Part shown: piece after piece, positions 44,701 to 53,346 of the stretch
Numbering within the stretch: the stretch's first letter is position 1
How the letters are laid out: each line of letters starts with the position of its first letter
Assembly: GCA_964589815.1 (NCBI GenBank)
Contig: CAZPUR010000005.1
Span: forward strand, 7,472 to 71,471
Direction: 5' to 3'
DNA: 64,000 bases
Source: an uncultured Pseudomonadales bacterium
GTDB taxonomy: Bacteria > Patescibacteriota > Microgenomatia > UBA1400
Position numbers and translations under genes: made by a program
Notes under the pieces: generated by a model
The model's database searches: none
Seen by the model: only the letters and a program-made list of their open reading frames with translations
Told to the model about the DNA's origin: nothing

Positions 44701-45579
44701 TTTGGCCGCCGCTATGGCTGCTTCTTTTTCTTCCCAACCGGCCTGCAGATACTGAGCGTAAAGCTCTGTCGCTTTTTGAGCGCAAGCCGGGCCATGCTCG
44801 CCAGCCACTTTCTGACCAACCTGGGCTTCCAGTTCTTTGTCTTTAATGCCCCAATCTTTAACTTTGGCGGCAAATTCAGCTTCAAACCGAGAAACGACCT
44901 TTTTTTGATATTCCTGATTTTGTTGATTAGTCGATTCGGCACTTGTCTTAGAAACCGCTGTTCTAAAAGCTTGAATAGTCAGTTGCCATTCTTTTGCTCC
45001 AGGCCTTTGAGAGGTTAGTTGTTTTAGGTTTTCTTGATAATTCTTGATTAATTGAATTTGGGTTTCAAGGTCTAATTGATTTAAAGTAGTTAAAGTAAGC
45101 AGATTTGTTTTTGCTAATTGAGTTAATTCTTGGTCAAATTCTTCTAATTTCTCAGCATTTTCGAGTTCCTTTTGCCACTCTTTTATTTTCCCGGTCGGCA
45201 CCTGAGATTGAGGAGTAGTTTTCTCCTCCTCTTTCTGTTTTAGGAAGTCACCAATTGAAAGGGCAAGTAGATTTAAAAAATCTGGTCGCAGGTCAGGAAT
45301 TTTTTTACGGTGAGTTTCCGGCAAAAAAGGCTTGACTTCTTCAAATAAAGGACTTTTTAAATAAGCCACCAGGGTTTCGGCCGCCAGTTGAGGGTCAATG
45401 GGCTCCTTGTCTAAGGCGGGAAGAATTAAATCCTTCCGGGGATTGGCTAACAAGTGATTGATAACTTCTAAAGCGGTTGATTGGTCTTTAATTTCAGGGA
45501 TAGAAACAAAAAAAGTAGGAGGCTTTTTTAGTTGAGTCTCAACTTTTGGCTTTTCTGGCTCAGAACGGACAGGACTCAT
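41773..45579 (-). CDS. 1268-aa membrane protein with C-terminal Cys-rich M23-like domain (candidate VirB1-equivalent)
   Basis: Helical charged N-terminus, Gly/Ala-rich TM cluster, beta-rich domain, then KAMDV...IIYHV...PHVHIEL. Confidence 0.6.
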   Translation of the reverse strand: MSPVRSEPEKPKVETQLKKPPTFFVSIPEIKDQSTALEVINHLLANPRKDLILPALDKEPIDPQLAAETLVAYLKSPLFEEVKPFLPETHRKKIPDLRPDFLNLLALSIGDFLKQKEEEKTTPQSQVPTGKIKEWQKELENAEKLEEFDQELTQLAKTNLLTLTTLNQLDLETQIQLIKNYQENLKQLTSQRPGAKEWQLTIQAFRTAVSKTSAESTNQQNQEYQKKVVSRFEAEFAAKVKDWGIKDKELEAQVGQKVAGEHGPACAQKATELYAQYLQAGWEEKEAAIAAAKESLQATMAESIYVGAALAPSIRKKRKLEESLAQVLQSNGELITQTQVSLKKNFRDLQIANSPTYQQMVDMFKTELGQGLLNLGFSPTDIESLKTDIQQEAVRGISVLEKPFVEPEFDSPDQAAFQTLIQKEVVKSLNSFFTKKEQRKKQNDILLQGELGATNLGQITYDYARFRPSAKDSLQEPGRLNTFQALVYTLRKEPSFAFKFMLSKLTRDNKLDQWRLLEIAQKFSYSYSSLYLAKIGFTPQSIQNMIAGLRQGKVLFNVWQIKKGVSDQDPRIAKLRQLALELAAVQEIINNPKGSSQRLFSLQARMNQSRYQIFETDNQINPLRPFLYPFDLLQKETLGRFKGIIKPVKGIQNYLRNKVVLGRFFSPGYRMGLAWHNLLRSKFIKKSFWFNRTLKTLPKLKPSYWLRPVYWSKKGIKKAVRWGAKKLGRLLLKVGGKLATKLGKKLLAWATEAALGITGGPVGIAVFVGGLLVNIGVFAVKAAKYLLFTPEGKMLLKKATRTARNILGAGLIVLYKLIKLFPWSFLGLGIGSLFAPFIGPLPIVIGGSIGFFIDTVVAPWLTKAFGSSLGIFGSAGAGFGLGTAGGTAAAAEAATGSFFLAPTTAATIVPGAALILGTLGAYSIVTNNSTFLPPERLGEQEEATPPWESESVSLKKTADKTVFTNEELASNPQATYTITITPKEGEITIKQVEDEVEVFSRTTPAPPAPTASFIPPLGQTTSDILTFTYILPLNSGLADSRIENTITVIIINAEGGEETVSAYADITLGNPPAIDCPIALEYSPYINECSYGSSLAGCDVAGYHGSNRYWGGSCGGYRIPVFNDCWGPMGPTDPDGTTNVCWEAHHEQNELCPDYGKAMDVAPASGGGTEVLLPSIDGETVVWTYERNSSSNWGWGQLFNTTHNGHNYHLIIYHVNETSPGCSQCSSGTRIGTVYGAMTRPHVHIELQIDGSYVMPENHMCRGLPVHN

Positions 45580-45583
45580 TTGT

Positions 45584-46333
45584 TTAATGATAACATATTT
45601 TAGAGACTAAGTTATGGGTAATTTTTCGATGCAGAAGAAGTCTAATAAATGTTAAAAATAAAAGGTCAATAATCATGGTGCCTAGTAAGGCATAATTAAG
45701 AGTTTTCAAAAGCAGGGTAAAAGAGTTAATCATTTCTAGAGGTAAGGAGATTTTAAAATCTCCTAGCCAAAAAAAAGCTCCTAAGACGACGATTAAAAGA
45801 ATAGGAAAGAGAATGGTTTTCAGATCCTTTTTAGAAGAAAACATGGTATTAGAAAGAGCAAAGATTAAATAGCAAAGCGCAAAGAGTAAGCAATAGTTAG
45901 TAATTAGTAATTGGTAATTAGCGGGACGGAAGGGGAGGGTAAGAACCTTTTGCAGAAGAGGCAGGAAGCTAAAATGCATGATTAAAGTAATAGTGGTAAT
46001 ACCAACTAGGGTAGGAGCTAAACCGATCAGAAAATAGCGCAGAGGCCCGGTTTTGGCTATTTTTACCCCGCCCATGCGGACCTGGTTGTTTTCTCTAATT
46101 TCAGGAGTAAAGCTTAATTGTCCAGTCGGGACGCGCAGAAGCTCGGCTACTAATAGATGAGAGAGTTCGTGGATGACGGTTCCGGGCAAAAATAACCAGG
46201 TTAAAAATTGGACTGATTGTTCTTTATTTTGAGTTAAAAGAAAAAAAAGCAGATAAAGATTTCTAGTTAAAGAACGGGAAATAAAAAAGAGTATAATAAG
46301 AAAAATGAAAAATAGGGTGAGCCAACCAATCAT
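45584..46333 (-). CDS. Membrane HExxH metalloprotease (M50-like)
   Basis: PGTVIHELSH, IGLAP, SNTMFSSKKD; multiple TM. Confidence 0.72.
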   Translation of the reverse strand: MIGWLTLFFIFLIILFFISRSLTRNLYLLFFLLTQNKEQSVQFLTWLFLPGTVIHELSHLLVAELLRVPTGQLSFTPEIRENNQVRMGGVKIAKTGPLRYFLIGLAPTLVGITTITLIMHFSFLPLLQKVLTLPFRPANYQLLITNYCLLFALCYLIFALSNTMFSSKKDLKTILFPILLIVVLGAFFWLGDFKISLPLEMINSFTLLLKTLNYALLGTMIIDLLFLTFIRLLLHRKITHNLVSKICYH

Positions 46334-46353
46334 TACCTAAATTATAGAGGTTT

Positions 46354-46707
46354 TTACTGCTTTTTGGAAATAGTAGCCTTTATTTGAGATTTAATATCGG
46401 CTAATTCTTTTTCGGACTTAACCGAATCTAATTGAATTAATATGTCAGCCAAAACTTCATCCTCAATTTTTTTAAAATCTTCAGGTTCATATTCTTTAAC
46501 ACCGTCAGCCATATCTTTAAGCATTTCTTGAGTTTTTTGCCGCATTCTTTCTTCAAAAATAGTGGAAAGTAAAGCCCAGCAGATTTTACTGATTTCATAT
46601 TTTTGCTCAGAGCCTAATTCCTTTTCTTCATTAATTGCCCGCTCTTTAATTTTTTCATCAAGAGGGACGATTTGGACTAGTTGTTTTAATGTTAAAGGTT
46701 GATCCAT
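46354..46707 (-). CDS. Hypothetical helical protein
   Basis: 117-aa ORF with SD AAGGAG, co-oriented in cluster. Confidence 0.7.
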   Translation of the reverse strand: MDQPLTLKQLVQIVPLDEKIKERAINEEKELGSEQKYEISKICWALLSTIFEERMRQKTQEMLKDMADGVKEYEPEDFKKIEDEVLADILIQLDSVKSEKELADIKSQIKATISKKQ

Positions 46708-46717
46708 TGATTTCTCC

Positions 46718-48772
46718 TTATGCGCCTAGTAGGCCTTGCAACTGATTGGCATCTTCTTGTCTTTTTTCATTAATAAGGCTAGTGGTAGCTTCACTTAGCC
46801 CCATTAAACCTAGAACAATAAGAAAAGCCCAGGTTGAAAGAGGAATGCCTTCTTTTTTAGCTAACTCTTGAGCAATCTTTTGTTTGGGTTTAAGTCTACC
46901 AGTGTCTAAATCAAGCAGTTCGGGCATATGGTCTAAGCCTATTTCTTCTGTTACTTTATCATAACTTGAGGAAGAAATTTTCCCCCTTCCTTTTAATAAG
47001 ACAATTGTTTCTGGTTTTAACTGAGCTAATTCTGAAGCAGTGATTTTAGTGACCATATAATCATATTCTTCTGCAATTTCTGGCTTTTTAGTAATTAGTT
47101 GTTGCCAGGCGGCCTTTCCTGTTTCCTCTTTTTCTCTCCAACCAGCCTCGACTTGATTAGACATATACTTCCTTGTTTGCTCGTCTAACCAATATTTTTG
47201 TATTTTGCTTAACTCGCCGCCAGAGCTAGTGAGTATACTAGGAAAACGTTGTAGACGATCTTTGTCTTCGAGGGGAATTTTTTGACCACGGGCATTCGTT
47301 TTTGAAAGAAGCATTTTTGCTATTCTCCAAACCTCATCCTCATATTTCAGTTCAGCTGGCTTATCTAATTGACCTCTTTGTAGTTTTAGCCAGTCTTCAA
47401 TAGCCGTTGTTTTAGCAACTTCATCAATGCTGTTTTCCATTTCTGCTTGATATCTTTGTTTAATCTGTAACTCTTTTTTTGTTTTTTCTTGTTGCACATT
47501 ACCATCTTCGTCAGCCTCTTTTAGCCGATACTGGCCTGCCGCGTCTTTAGAAAAATACTTTCTTCTGACAGCCTTGATTTTATCTAAATCAAGCCCCATG
47601 CTAATTATCTCTTGCTCAGTTTTTCCCTCAGCAATTAAAAGAGCAATTTCTGGCTCTCCAGCTTTCCCTACAGCTTCAGCAGTTAATTCTAGTTTGGGAA
47701 TTGGAGCTGTTTCTACTGGTTCAACTTCTGGTTCAATTTCTGGCAATTTTGAGTCAATAATATGAATTGCTGTATCAACCACAGAGTTGAAAGAATGCTC
47801 CTGAACAAGACAAGCGGTTAGCCCATCTGCCATTCGTTTTAATTGGTCTGGTGTTTTTCTAGAAAGACCTTTTTTAAGGGCCTCATAAGTTTGAAATTTA
47901 GTAACCGGAAGCAAATCAGGATTATTTTGAACAGTGAATAAAATAAGTTCATGATTAGACAACTCTGTTTCTGTAATTTCTCTACTAATAAACTGACGGA
48001 GTTCATCCGTCCTGGTCCAGGCGGCAATTTCTCTTCTTTTTTTCATGCCTTTTTCTGACAACTCTGGAATTCTTTCAGCTGCAGTTGCAAATTTCCTTTC
48101 GCTAGGGTTAGCGGATTTTTTAGCCACATCTATCCTGTCTTCACTTATTTCCTCACCGCTTTGTTCTAAAATTCTTATGATTTCCTGGCCGCAAAAATCA
48201 GCCCTTGCTTTTTCTATTTCTTTTCCTGTTGCCTCTTCAGAGCCAATTAGCCGTTGCAGAATGAGAATGTCTCTAGTTAATACCTCTCCTTTTAGATTGC
48301 AAAGAAAAGACTCCATAGTTTTACCGTAATCTCTTCCTACCAATCTTCTTTCAAAATCTCCAAGCGTTCTTTTTAGGACCTTTCTTTCTTTCTGTAAAAC
48401 CCTATTGCGCTTTTTTCCAGAGTAGCTTTCCACTACCCAAGTCCAATATTCGTGTTGCTTATTATCATCTATTTCTCTAATGGAAAAATATGCTTGAGCT
48501 ATTTGTTGAGGAGAAAGATCATTAAGGTTTTTTCCCTCCCGAAGTAGCTTACTGATTTCAGCAGTAGCCTGATCTAGCTCAGTGGGCATCTTTAGGCCCG
48601 ACTCTTGCAATTTAACTGCTGTTCTGGCCCGGAAAGAAAGAATGCTTTTTACTTTTTCTTGGCAAGGAAAAAAATCAATGCGTCTTTCTTCATGGCGACC
48701 GATTCTAAAAGCAGCAGTGGTTAACTCTTTTGACTCTAAAGCTCCAACAGTAGCAGGAGAAATTTTAGGCAT
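46718..48772 (-). CDS. Hypothetical 684-aa charged helical protein with C-terminal TM
   Basis: Long ORF; TWAFLIVLGLMGL near C-terminus; own promoter TTGACT-17-TAGGCT. Confidence 0.75.
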   Translation of the reverse strand: MPKISPATVGALESKELTTAAFRIGRHEERRIDFFPCQEKVKSILSFRARTAVKLQESGLKMPTELDQATAEISKLLREGKNLNDLSPQQIAQAYFSIREIDDNKQHEYWTWVVESYSGKKRNRVLQKERKVLKRTLGDFERRLVGRDYGKTMESFLCNLKGEVLTRDILILQRLIGSEEATGKEIEKARADFCGQEIIRILEQSGEEISEDRIDVAKKSANPSERKFATAAERIPELSEKGMKKRREIAAWTRTDELRQFISREITETELSNHELILFTVQNNPDLLPVTKFQTYEALKKGLSRKTPDQLKRMADGLTACLVQEHSFNSVVDTAIHIIDSKLPEIEPEVEPVETAPIPKLELTAEAVGKAGEPEIALLIAEGKTEQEIISMGLDLDKIKAVRRKYFSKDAAGQYRLKEADEDGNVQQEKTKKELQIKQRYQAEMENSIDEVAKTTAIEDWLKLQRGQLDKPAELKYEDEVWRIAKMLLSKTNARGQKIPLEDKDRLQRFPSILTSSGGELSKIQKYWLDEQTRKYMSNQVEAGWREKEETGKAAWQQLITKKPEIAEEYDYMVTKITASELAQLKPETIVLLKGRGKISSSSYDKVTEEIGLDHMPELLDLDTGRLKPKQKIAQELAKKEGIPLSTWAFLIVLGLMGLSEATTSLINEKRQEDANQLQGLLGA

Positions 48773-48987
48773 CTTATCTTAAGCCTAGCCTTTTTTCTTT
48801 TTTTAGTCAATACTTGATTAGCTAAAGATAATCTCCGCATAATTTCTGCATAATTCCCGAAACGTAATAAATTGTTTCACAATTTAAACGTTTCTGGGAC
48901 GTTTAATTTCCGGAAGAAACTATTACGTTCCGAAACATAATTAATTGTTCCTTTGCTTTTAGAAAAAAATGCTATAATGATTTTAGC

Positions 48988-51795
48988 ATGAGTGAAACTG
49001 GGAAAGAAAGAGAATCTCGACAAAAAGACGAACTGGAAGGTAAGTCTTTAGAAGAGATTCTTAAAGAAATTTTAACTTACCCTTTCCGCAAACTTAAAGA
49101 GCTGGTGGAAAGGCTGAAAAGACTGGAAAAAAGGACAACTGACCAAGAGCAAATCTTGGCCCAGGCGGAGACAGAGCGGGGAAAAAGAAGAAATGAATAT
49201 ATTAATGCCCACCCTAAATTTAAAAAAGAAAAAGAGAGAATAAAAAAGGCGGTTGAAGATATTTTTGGCCAAGTAGGCAGGGAACCTGAGGAACAGCAGG
49301 GACCAAAATATACCGAAGCCAGACTCAAGGCGCAAGCCCAAAGAGAAAAAATCCGGCAACTGGCTCAAGCAGAAGAAGAAAAGATTAAAAAACCCAAATA
49401 TCAAGGGGTAGCCGAAGATGAGGTGGAAAAGGTATTGGAGCATTTGGGAAGAGAAGAAAAACGGGCCGAGCCAAAAAAAACTTCTGAGGAAAAGGAAGTT
49501 AGAAGACAAATGTTAGAGTCGGGCGGTTGGGGGAGAGAAGATCCTGAGGCAGATCGAGAAATGCTCGAGATAATCGCAAGAATTAGGGCAAATCCAGAAG
49601 ATAAAGCCCTTTTGAAAGATTTTGAAAAACTCTTAAGACAGATGCCGACTATATACGACCTATTTCGTAAAGAAGGGGTTGATGGAATCAAATGTAGCAG
49701 GGTAGTCAGGGAAAGATGTTTTCAAGAATTGGTTGATCGTTTTGGCAATGACCCCAACCGTCATTTTCGAGAAGGAGATATGCAGGCCATCGGTGGTTTA
49801 GCTCAGTTTATGCAAGCGGTTTTACACACGGAAATTGAGGGTGAATATGGTCCGGACATGATTCAAAAATACTCTTTAAGATTTGGTTTTGAAGAAAATG
49901 TCCATAATTTAGACAGATTTTTAAAAGGCCATGCCCAGATTGATAAATTACCAGAGCTTTTAACTGGATTTGATTCTAGAATGATGGATGTAACTTTAAG
50001 GGAACCTGGGGTAGCGGCTGCTTTTCGCGCCTATGAACAGGCTTTTGATCACTTAATGATGTTTGATAAAAAGATCAATCCGGCCAAAGTCGGTTTTAAT
50101 CCAGACGATGAGACAATTTGGATTAATCAATGGGTTAGGAAACAAGTGAAAAAGACCCTGGAGGATTATTGTCAAGAACATAGTTTAAACTATAATTTGG
50201 AATTTGAGCCTTATGAAAAAACGATTATAAGGACAGGATGGAAGGTTTTTATTTTTACTCTCCGCGGCGATGAAATTCAGGCCAGTTATCCTTATGCCAG
50301 GGTTGGCCCTGAGGCTCCCTGGCATGAAGATTTATGGCGCCGGCTAGATCCTTTGGGCATGCCGATTAAATATTGGCGCGATCGGCTTCCAGGCGTCGAT
50401 GCCTTCTTGGGCGAGAAGGACAAACTGAGTGGGAAGCTGAGTGAGAAAGATAAAAAAATGGCCACTGCCATTTACTATTTATTTGGTGAAGACAAAGATA
50501 TTAAAAAGGAATTTCGCACTATTAAAGAATACCAGCAAACTATGGAAGATTTAGAGGAAAAAGGAGGGATTCAGCTGAATATTTTTAATGCCGGTGGAGT
50601 TTTAAGCAAAAGTCCCTGGCGGGCTAAAGATGCCCTTCGATATATAACCAAGATTGGAGAGGAAGAGTCAGGGGGCAAGCCTTATATCGGTCAAAAGTTA
50701 GTCCCCTTTCTTGGCATAGAAATGCACAATAAGTTTGCCAGCGAGAACTTGGAATCCAAAAGAGAGAACTTGGAACCCAAAAGAGAAGTATTTAGTTTTG
50801 CCTTAAAAAGGAACCCTTTTGCTTTATTCAGGCTGGCCAGCAGAGAGGCACAAGATGAAATTTTAAGAAGGGCTGGTGACTTGACCCCGGAAGATTTAAA
50901 AAAAGAAGGCGGGGTTTATGATTTATTGGCTCAAGCTTTACAGCAATTGGTTTATGAACAGGAGCAAGGTTTAAAAAGGGTTATAGGGCAAAAGACTGAA
51001 GATGCCAAAATCGCCGAGGCGGTCGCTTTTGTCGAGAGAGAAAAAGATAAGACTTTACTTGATTTTGTAGATGATGCAAAGGCTAAGGATTTAGTTATAA
51101 AAATTCAAGATTATTTTAAACCCGAAGGAGAAAATTTTGAAAAACTAGTGACCCAAAGAGAACCTTTTTCTTTAGGCACAGAGGACGCACCGATGGCCTT
51201 AATGCGCTTTTTAGAAACAGGCGACATTGGTTTGCAAAGAAGGTTTCGGGATGTGGCCGCTGCCGGAGAAGCCACCGGCGCTCTTTGGGAGATAATAAGG
51301 GGCCTGCCTATTATACTGCAAAAAGATGAAGCCATTGTTGAAAGCCTGGCAAAACTCCGTAAACCGTTAGATGATTACGGTCCAGGCAATATAGAGGGGA
51401 TTATGATGACTATAGCCAGCAAAATGTTGGGACTACTAGAAGAGGATAATAAGCAAAACTTGTTACCTTGGCCCCTTGATAAAGTAAGAGAAAAATACTG
51501 GCCGATTTGCAAGGCAGATAGACTCTACGGTATGTATCACAGTTCTAAGGGAGCAGAGGACATGAGGTTATTGATAGAAAAAATGATTGGCGCCGGACTT
51601 TTTAGTGGGATGAATCCTAAAGAGGTTAGAAAAACGCTCTATAAAAAGCATGGCCTGCAGTTATGGAAAATCTTTGCCCTTGATAGAGCCTGGAGATACG
51701 GACCTTTAGTAGTTATAGGAATTCCTTTATCTGCCTTAATAATAATTATCAAACAGGCATATAAAGATTTAGAAGAAGAAGCTAAGGAAGCTTAA
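48988..51795 (+). CDS. Hypothetical 935-aa charged helical protein with C-terminal TM
   Basis: Long ORF; GPLVVIGIPLSALIIII near C-terminus; TGcTATAAT 9 nt upstream. Confidence 0.78.
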   Translation: MSETGKERESRQKDELEGKSLEEILKEILTYPFRKLKELVERLKRLEKRTTDQEQILAQAETERGKRRNEYINAHPKFKKEKERIKKAVEDIFGQVGREPEEQQGPKYTEARLKAQAQREKIRQLAQAEEEKIKKPKYQGVAEDEVEKVLEHLGREEKRAEPKKTSEEKEVRRQMLESGGWGREDPEADREMLEIIARIRANPEDKALLKDFEKLLRQMPTIYDLFRKEGVDGIKCSRVVRERCFQELVDRFGNDPNRHFREGDMQAIGGLAQFMQAVLHTEIEGEYGPDMIQKYSLRFGFEENVHNLDRFLKGHAQIDKLPELLTGFDSRMMDVTLREPGVAAAFRAYEQAFDHLMMFDKKINPAKVGFNPDDETIWINQWVRKQVKKTLEDYCQEHSLNYNLEFEPYEKTIIRTGWKVFIFTLRGDEIQASYPYARVGPEAPWHEDLWRRLDPLGMPIKYWRDRLPGVDAFLGEKDKLSGKLSEKDKKMATAIYYLFGEDKDIKKEFRTIKEYQQTMEDLEEKGGIQLNIFNAGGVLSKSPWRAKDALRYITKIGEEESGGKPYIGQKLVPFLGIEMHNKFASENLESKRENLEPKREVFSFALKRNPFALFRLASREAQDEILRRAGDLTPEDLKKEGGVYDLLAQALQQLVYEQEQGLKRVIGQKTEDAKIAEAVAFVEREKDKTLLDFVDDAKAKDLVIKIQDYFKPEGENFEKLVTQREPFSLGTEDAPMALMRFLETGDIGLQRRFRDVAAAGEATGALWEIIRGLPIILQKDEAIVESLAKLRKPLDDYGPGNIEGIMMTIASKMLGLLEEDNKQNLLPWPLDKVREKYWPICKADRLYGMYHSSKGAEDMRLLIEKMIGAGLFSGMNPKEVRKTLYKKHGLQLWKIFALDRAWRYGPLVVIGIPLSALIIIIKQAYKDLEEEAKEA

Positions 51796-51815
51796 TAAAA
51801 ATTCTTAACGAAAAT

Positions 51816-53306
51816 TTAAGAGGGTTTTTGTCTCTCTTCTCCTACGCCGGGAACTTGTCCTTTTTGCATGAAGTCGGCCATGTTTTGCATAAACTTTGTT
51901 TGTTCTCTGGCGCTTTTCCAAGAAGACAGTTGAGCGCCAGCTGTATAAGCTGTTTGGGCGAAACTACCGATTCCGGCTATAGGGCCGGCCATTCCGCCCA
52001 TGATGGCGCCACCCAAACCAGTTCCTTCTACTTTCAACATCTTTTTGATTTGAGAAACAATTTTTGGCGTCATCATCACAATTCCTATGCCAATCAGACC
52101 TAAGAGGGGATTAGTGCCGCCAGTACTGCCGCCAACAATAGAAAGAAAAGGCGGTTGCCAAACCGGTTGACCGGAGTCAATCGATCCGCGATAACCAATT
52201 TCACTATTAACACACCAGGGATTAGCTTCTGAACAACCCGAAGAAGAACTACCAATGAGCACCGCGGCCAATAAAAACATAACAGCCACGGCCGGAAAAG
52301 GGGCAACGTCAGCCAGAAGACCTTTAATCCAATTACCAAAAGAGTTAGTTCCGGGTAGAGCATTAAATAAAAGAGTAATCGGAGCAAAGATAACCTTGAC
52401 GACAATGCCTACATAAGAAAAAAGCAGGGCAATAAAAATTTTAAAAACACTAAATAAAAGAAGAATAGCTAGAAGTGCCTGGACTAGTAAGCCGGCGCCG
52501 AGGGCCAGCGCATTCCCCTCGGTGTTAAGAATACCGTCGACGATATTCCTAATTGAATCTCCGGGAGCGCTGATAAACATGCCGCCTCCATAAATGATTT
52601 GGAACAAGTTTTCCCCAAAAATCTTATCAGCTACTGGTTTCTGCTCAGTAATAATGCCAAAAAGAACAAAGACTCCCAAAACCACATAAATGGCAATATA
52701 AATCAGGTCAATCATCAGGCCGGCAATAGCATAAGAAAAAGTAATCAGAAGCAGAGTGACAATTAATTTAGGCAAAGCCGCTTGAAGAGTAATGGCGGTT
52801 TGCTGGCCCAGCTTTATCCTAAACATAATCATAAAACCAACCACAATAAAAATAATCACAAAACCCAAATAAGCCACATTACGGAAAGCTTTCCAAACCT
52901 GCAGAACCGGATTTAAGGCCTGCCAGCCTAATCCCTGAGCATAGGCCGGTCGACTCAAACCCAGACTAGAACCCAAATCAGCCAGATATTCCTGGGTAGC
53001 GACTGGAGGTCGTTCAATCATGGCGGCAATATAATGATTGAGTGTTTGTAAAGCGCCTGTTTGACCGGCAATATTAGGATTGCCGACAGTGTGATCTATA
53101 GAACTATTCAACAGACCATCAAAGCTATCCTGAAGATTATCTTCTAGAGTAAAATTAGGATTGTTGTCTCCTACGGCCTGATTCCATACTTCTCTGTTTA
53201 AACTAGCCAAGACAGGATTTTTCAATAAGAAAAAACAAGAAAAAGTGAAACCTATTAAACTAAGAAGAAAAATAGTAAGTCTTTTAAGCCTGGGCATTAT
53301 TTTCAT
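51816..53306 (-). CDS. VirB6/TrbL-like polytopic T4SS membrane protein
   Basis: WKAFRNVAY, LPKLIVTLLLITFSYAIAGLMID, IFAPI..L...PG...FGNW, Gly-rich tail. Confidence 0.72.
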   Translation of the reverse strand: MKIMPRLKRLTIFLLSLIGFTFSCFFLLKNPVLASLNREVWNQAVGDNNPNFTLEDNLQDSFDGLLNSSIDHTVGNPNIAGQTGALQTLNHYIAAMIERPPVATQEYLADLGSSLGLSRPAYAQGLGWQALNPVLQVWKAFRNVAYLGFVIIFIVVGFMIMFRIKLGQQTAITLQAALPKLIVTLLLITFSYAIAGLMIDLIYIAIYVVLGVFVLFGIITEQKPVADKIFGENLFQIIYGGGMFISAPGDSIRNIVDGILNTEGNALALGAGLLVQALLAILLLFSVFKIFIALLFSYVGIVVKVIFAPITLLFNALPGTNSFGNWIKGLLADVAPFPAVAVMFLLAAVLIGSSSSGCSEANPWCVNSEIGYRGSIDSGQPVWQPPFLSIVGGSTGGTNPLLGLIGIGIVMMTPKIVSQIKKMLKVEGTGLGGAIMGGMAGPIAGIGSFAQTAYTAGAQLSSWKSAREQTKFMQNMADFMQKGQVPGVGEERQKPS

Positions 53307-53346
53307 ATTAAAGCTTTAATTTTCAAAAGTCAACCGATTTTTAATT

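Noticed and set aside
44503-45018. 171-aa Phe-rich plus-strand ORF
   Set aside because: Antisense shadow of a Lys/Glu-rich coding region; the same applies to 49072-49509.
50743-50784. 21-bp tandem duplication (ENLESKR/ENLEPKR) in the 935-aa gene
   Set aside because: Two copies only; ordinary slippage, not an array.
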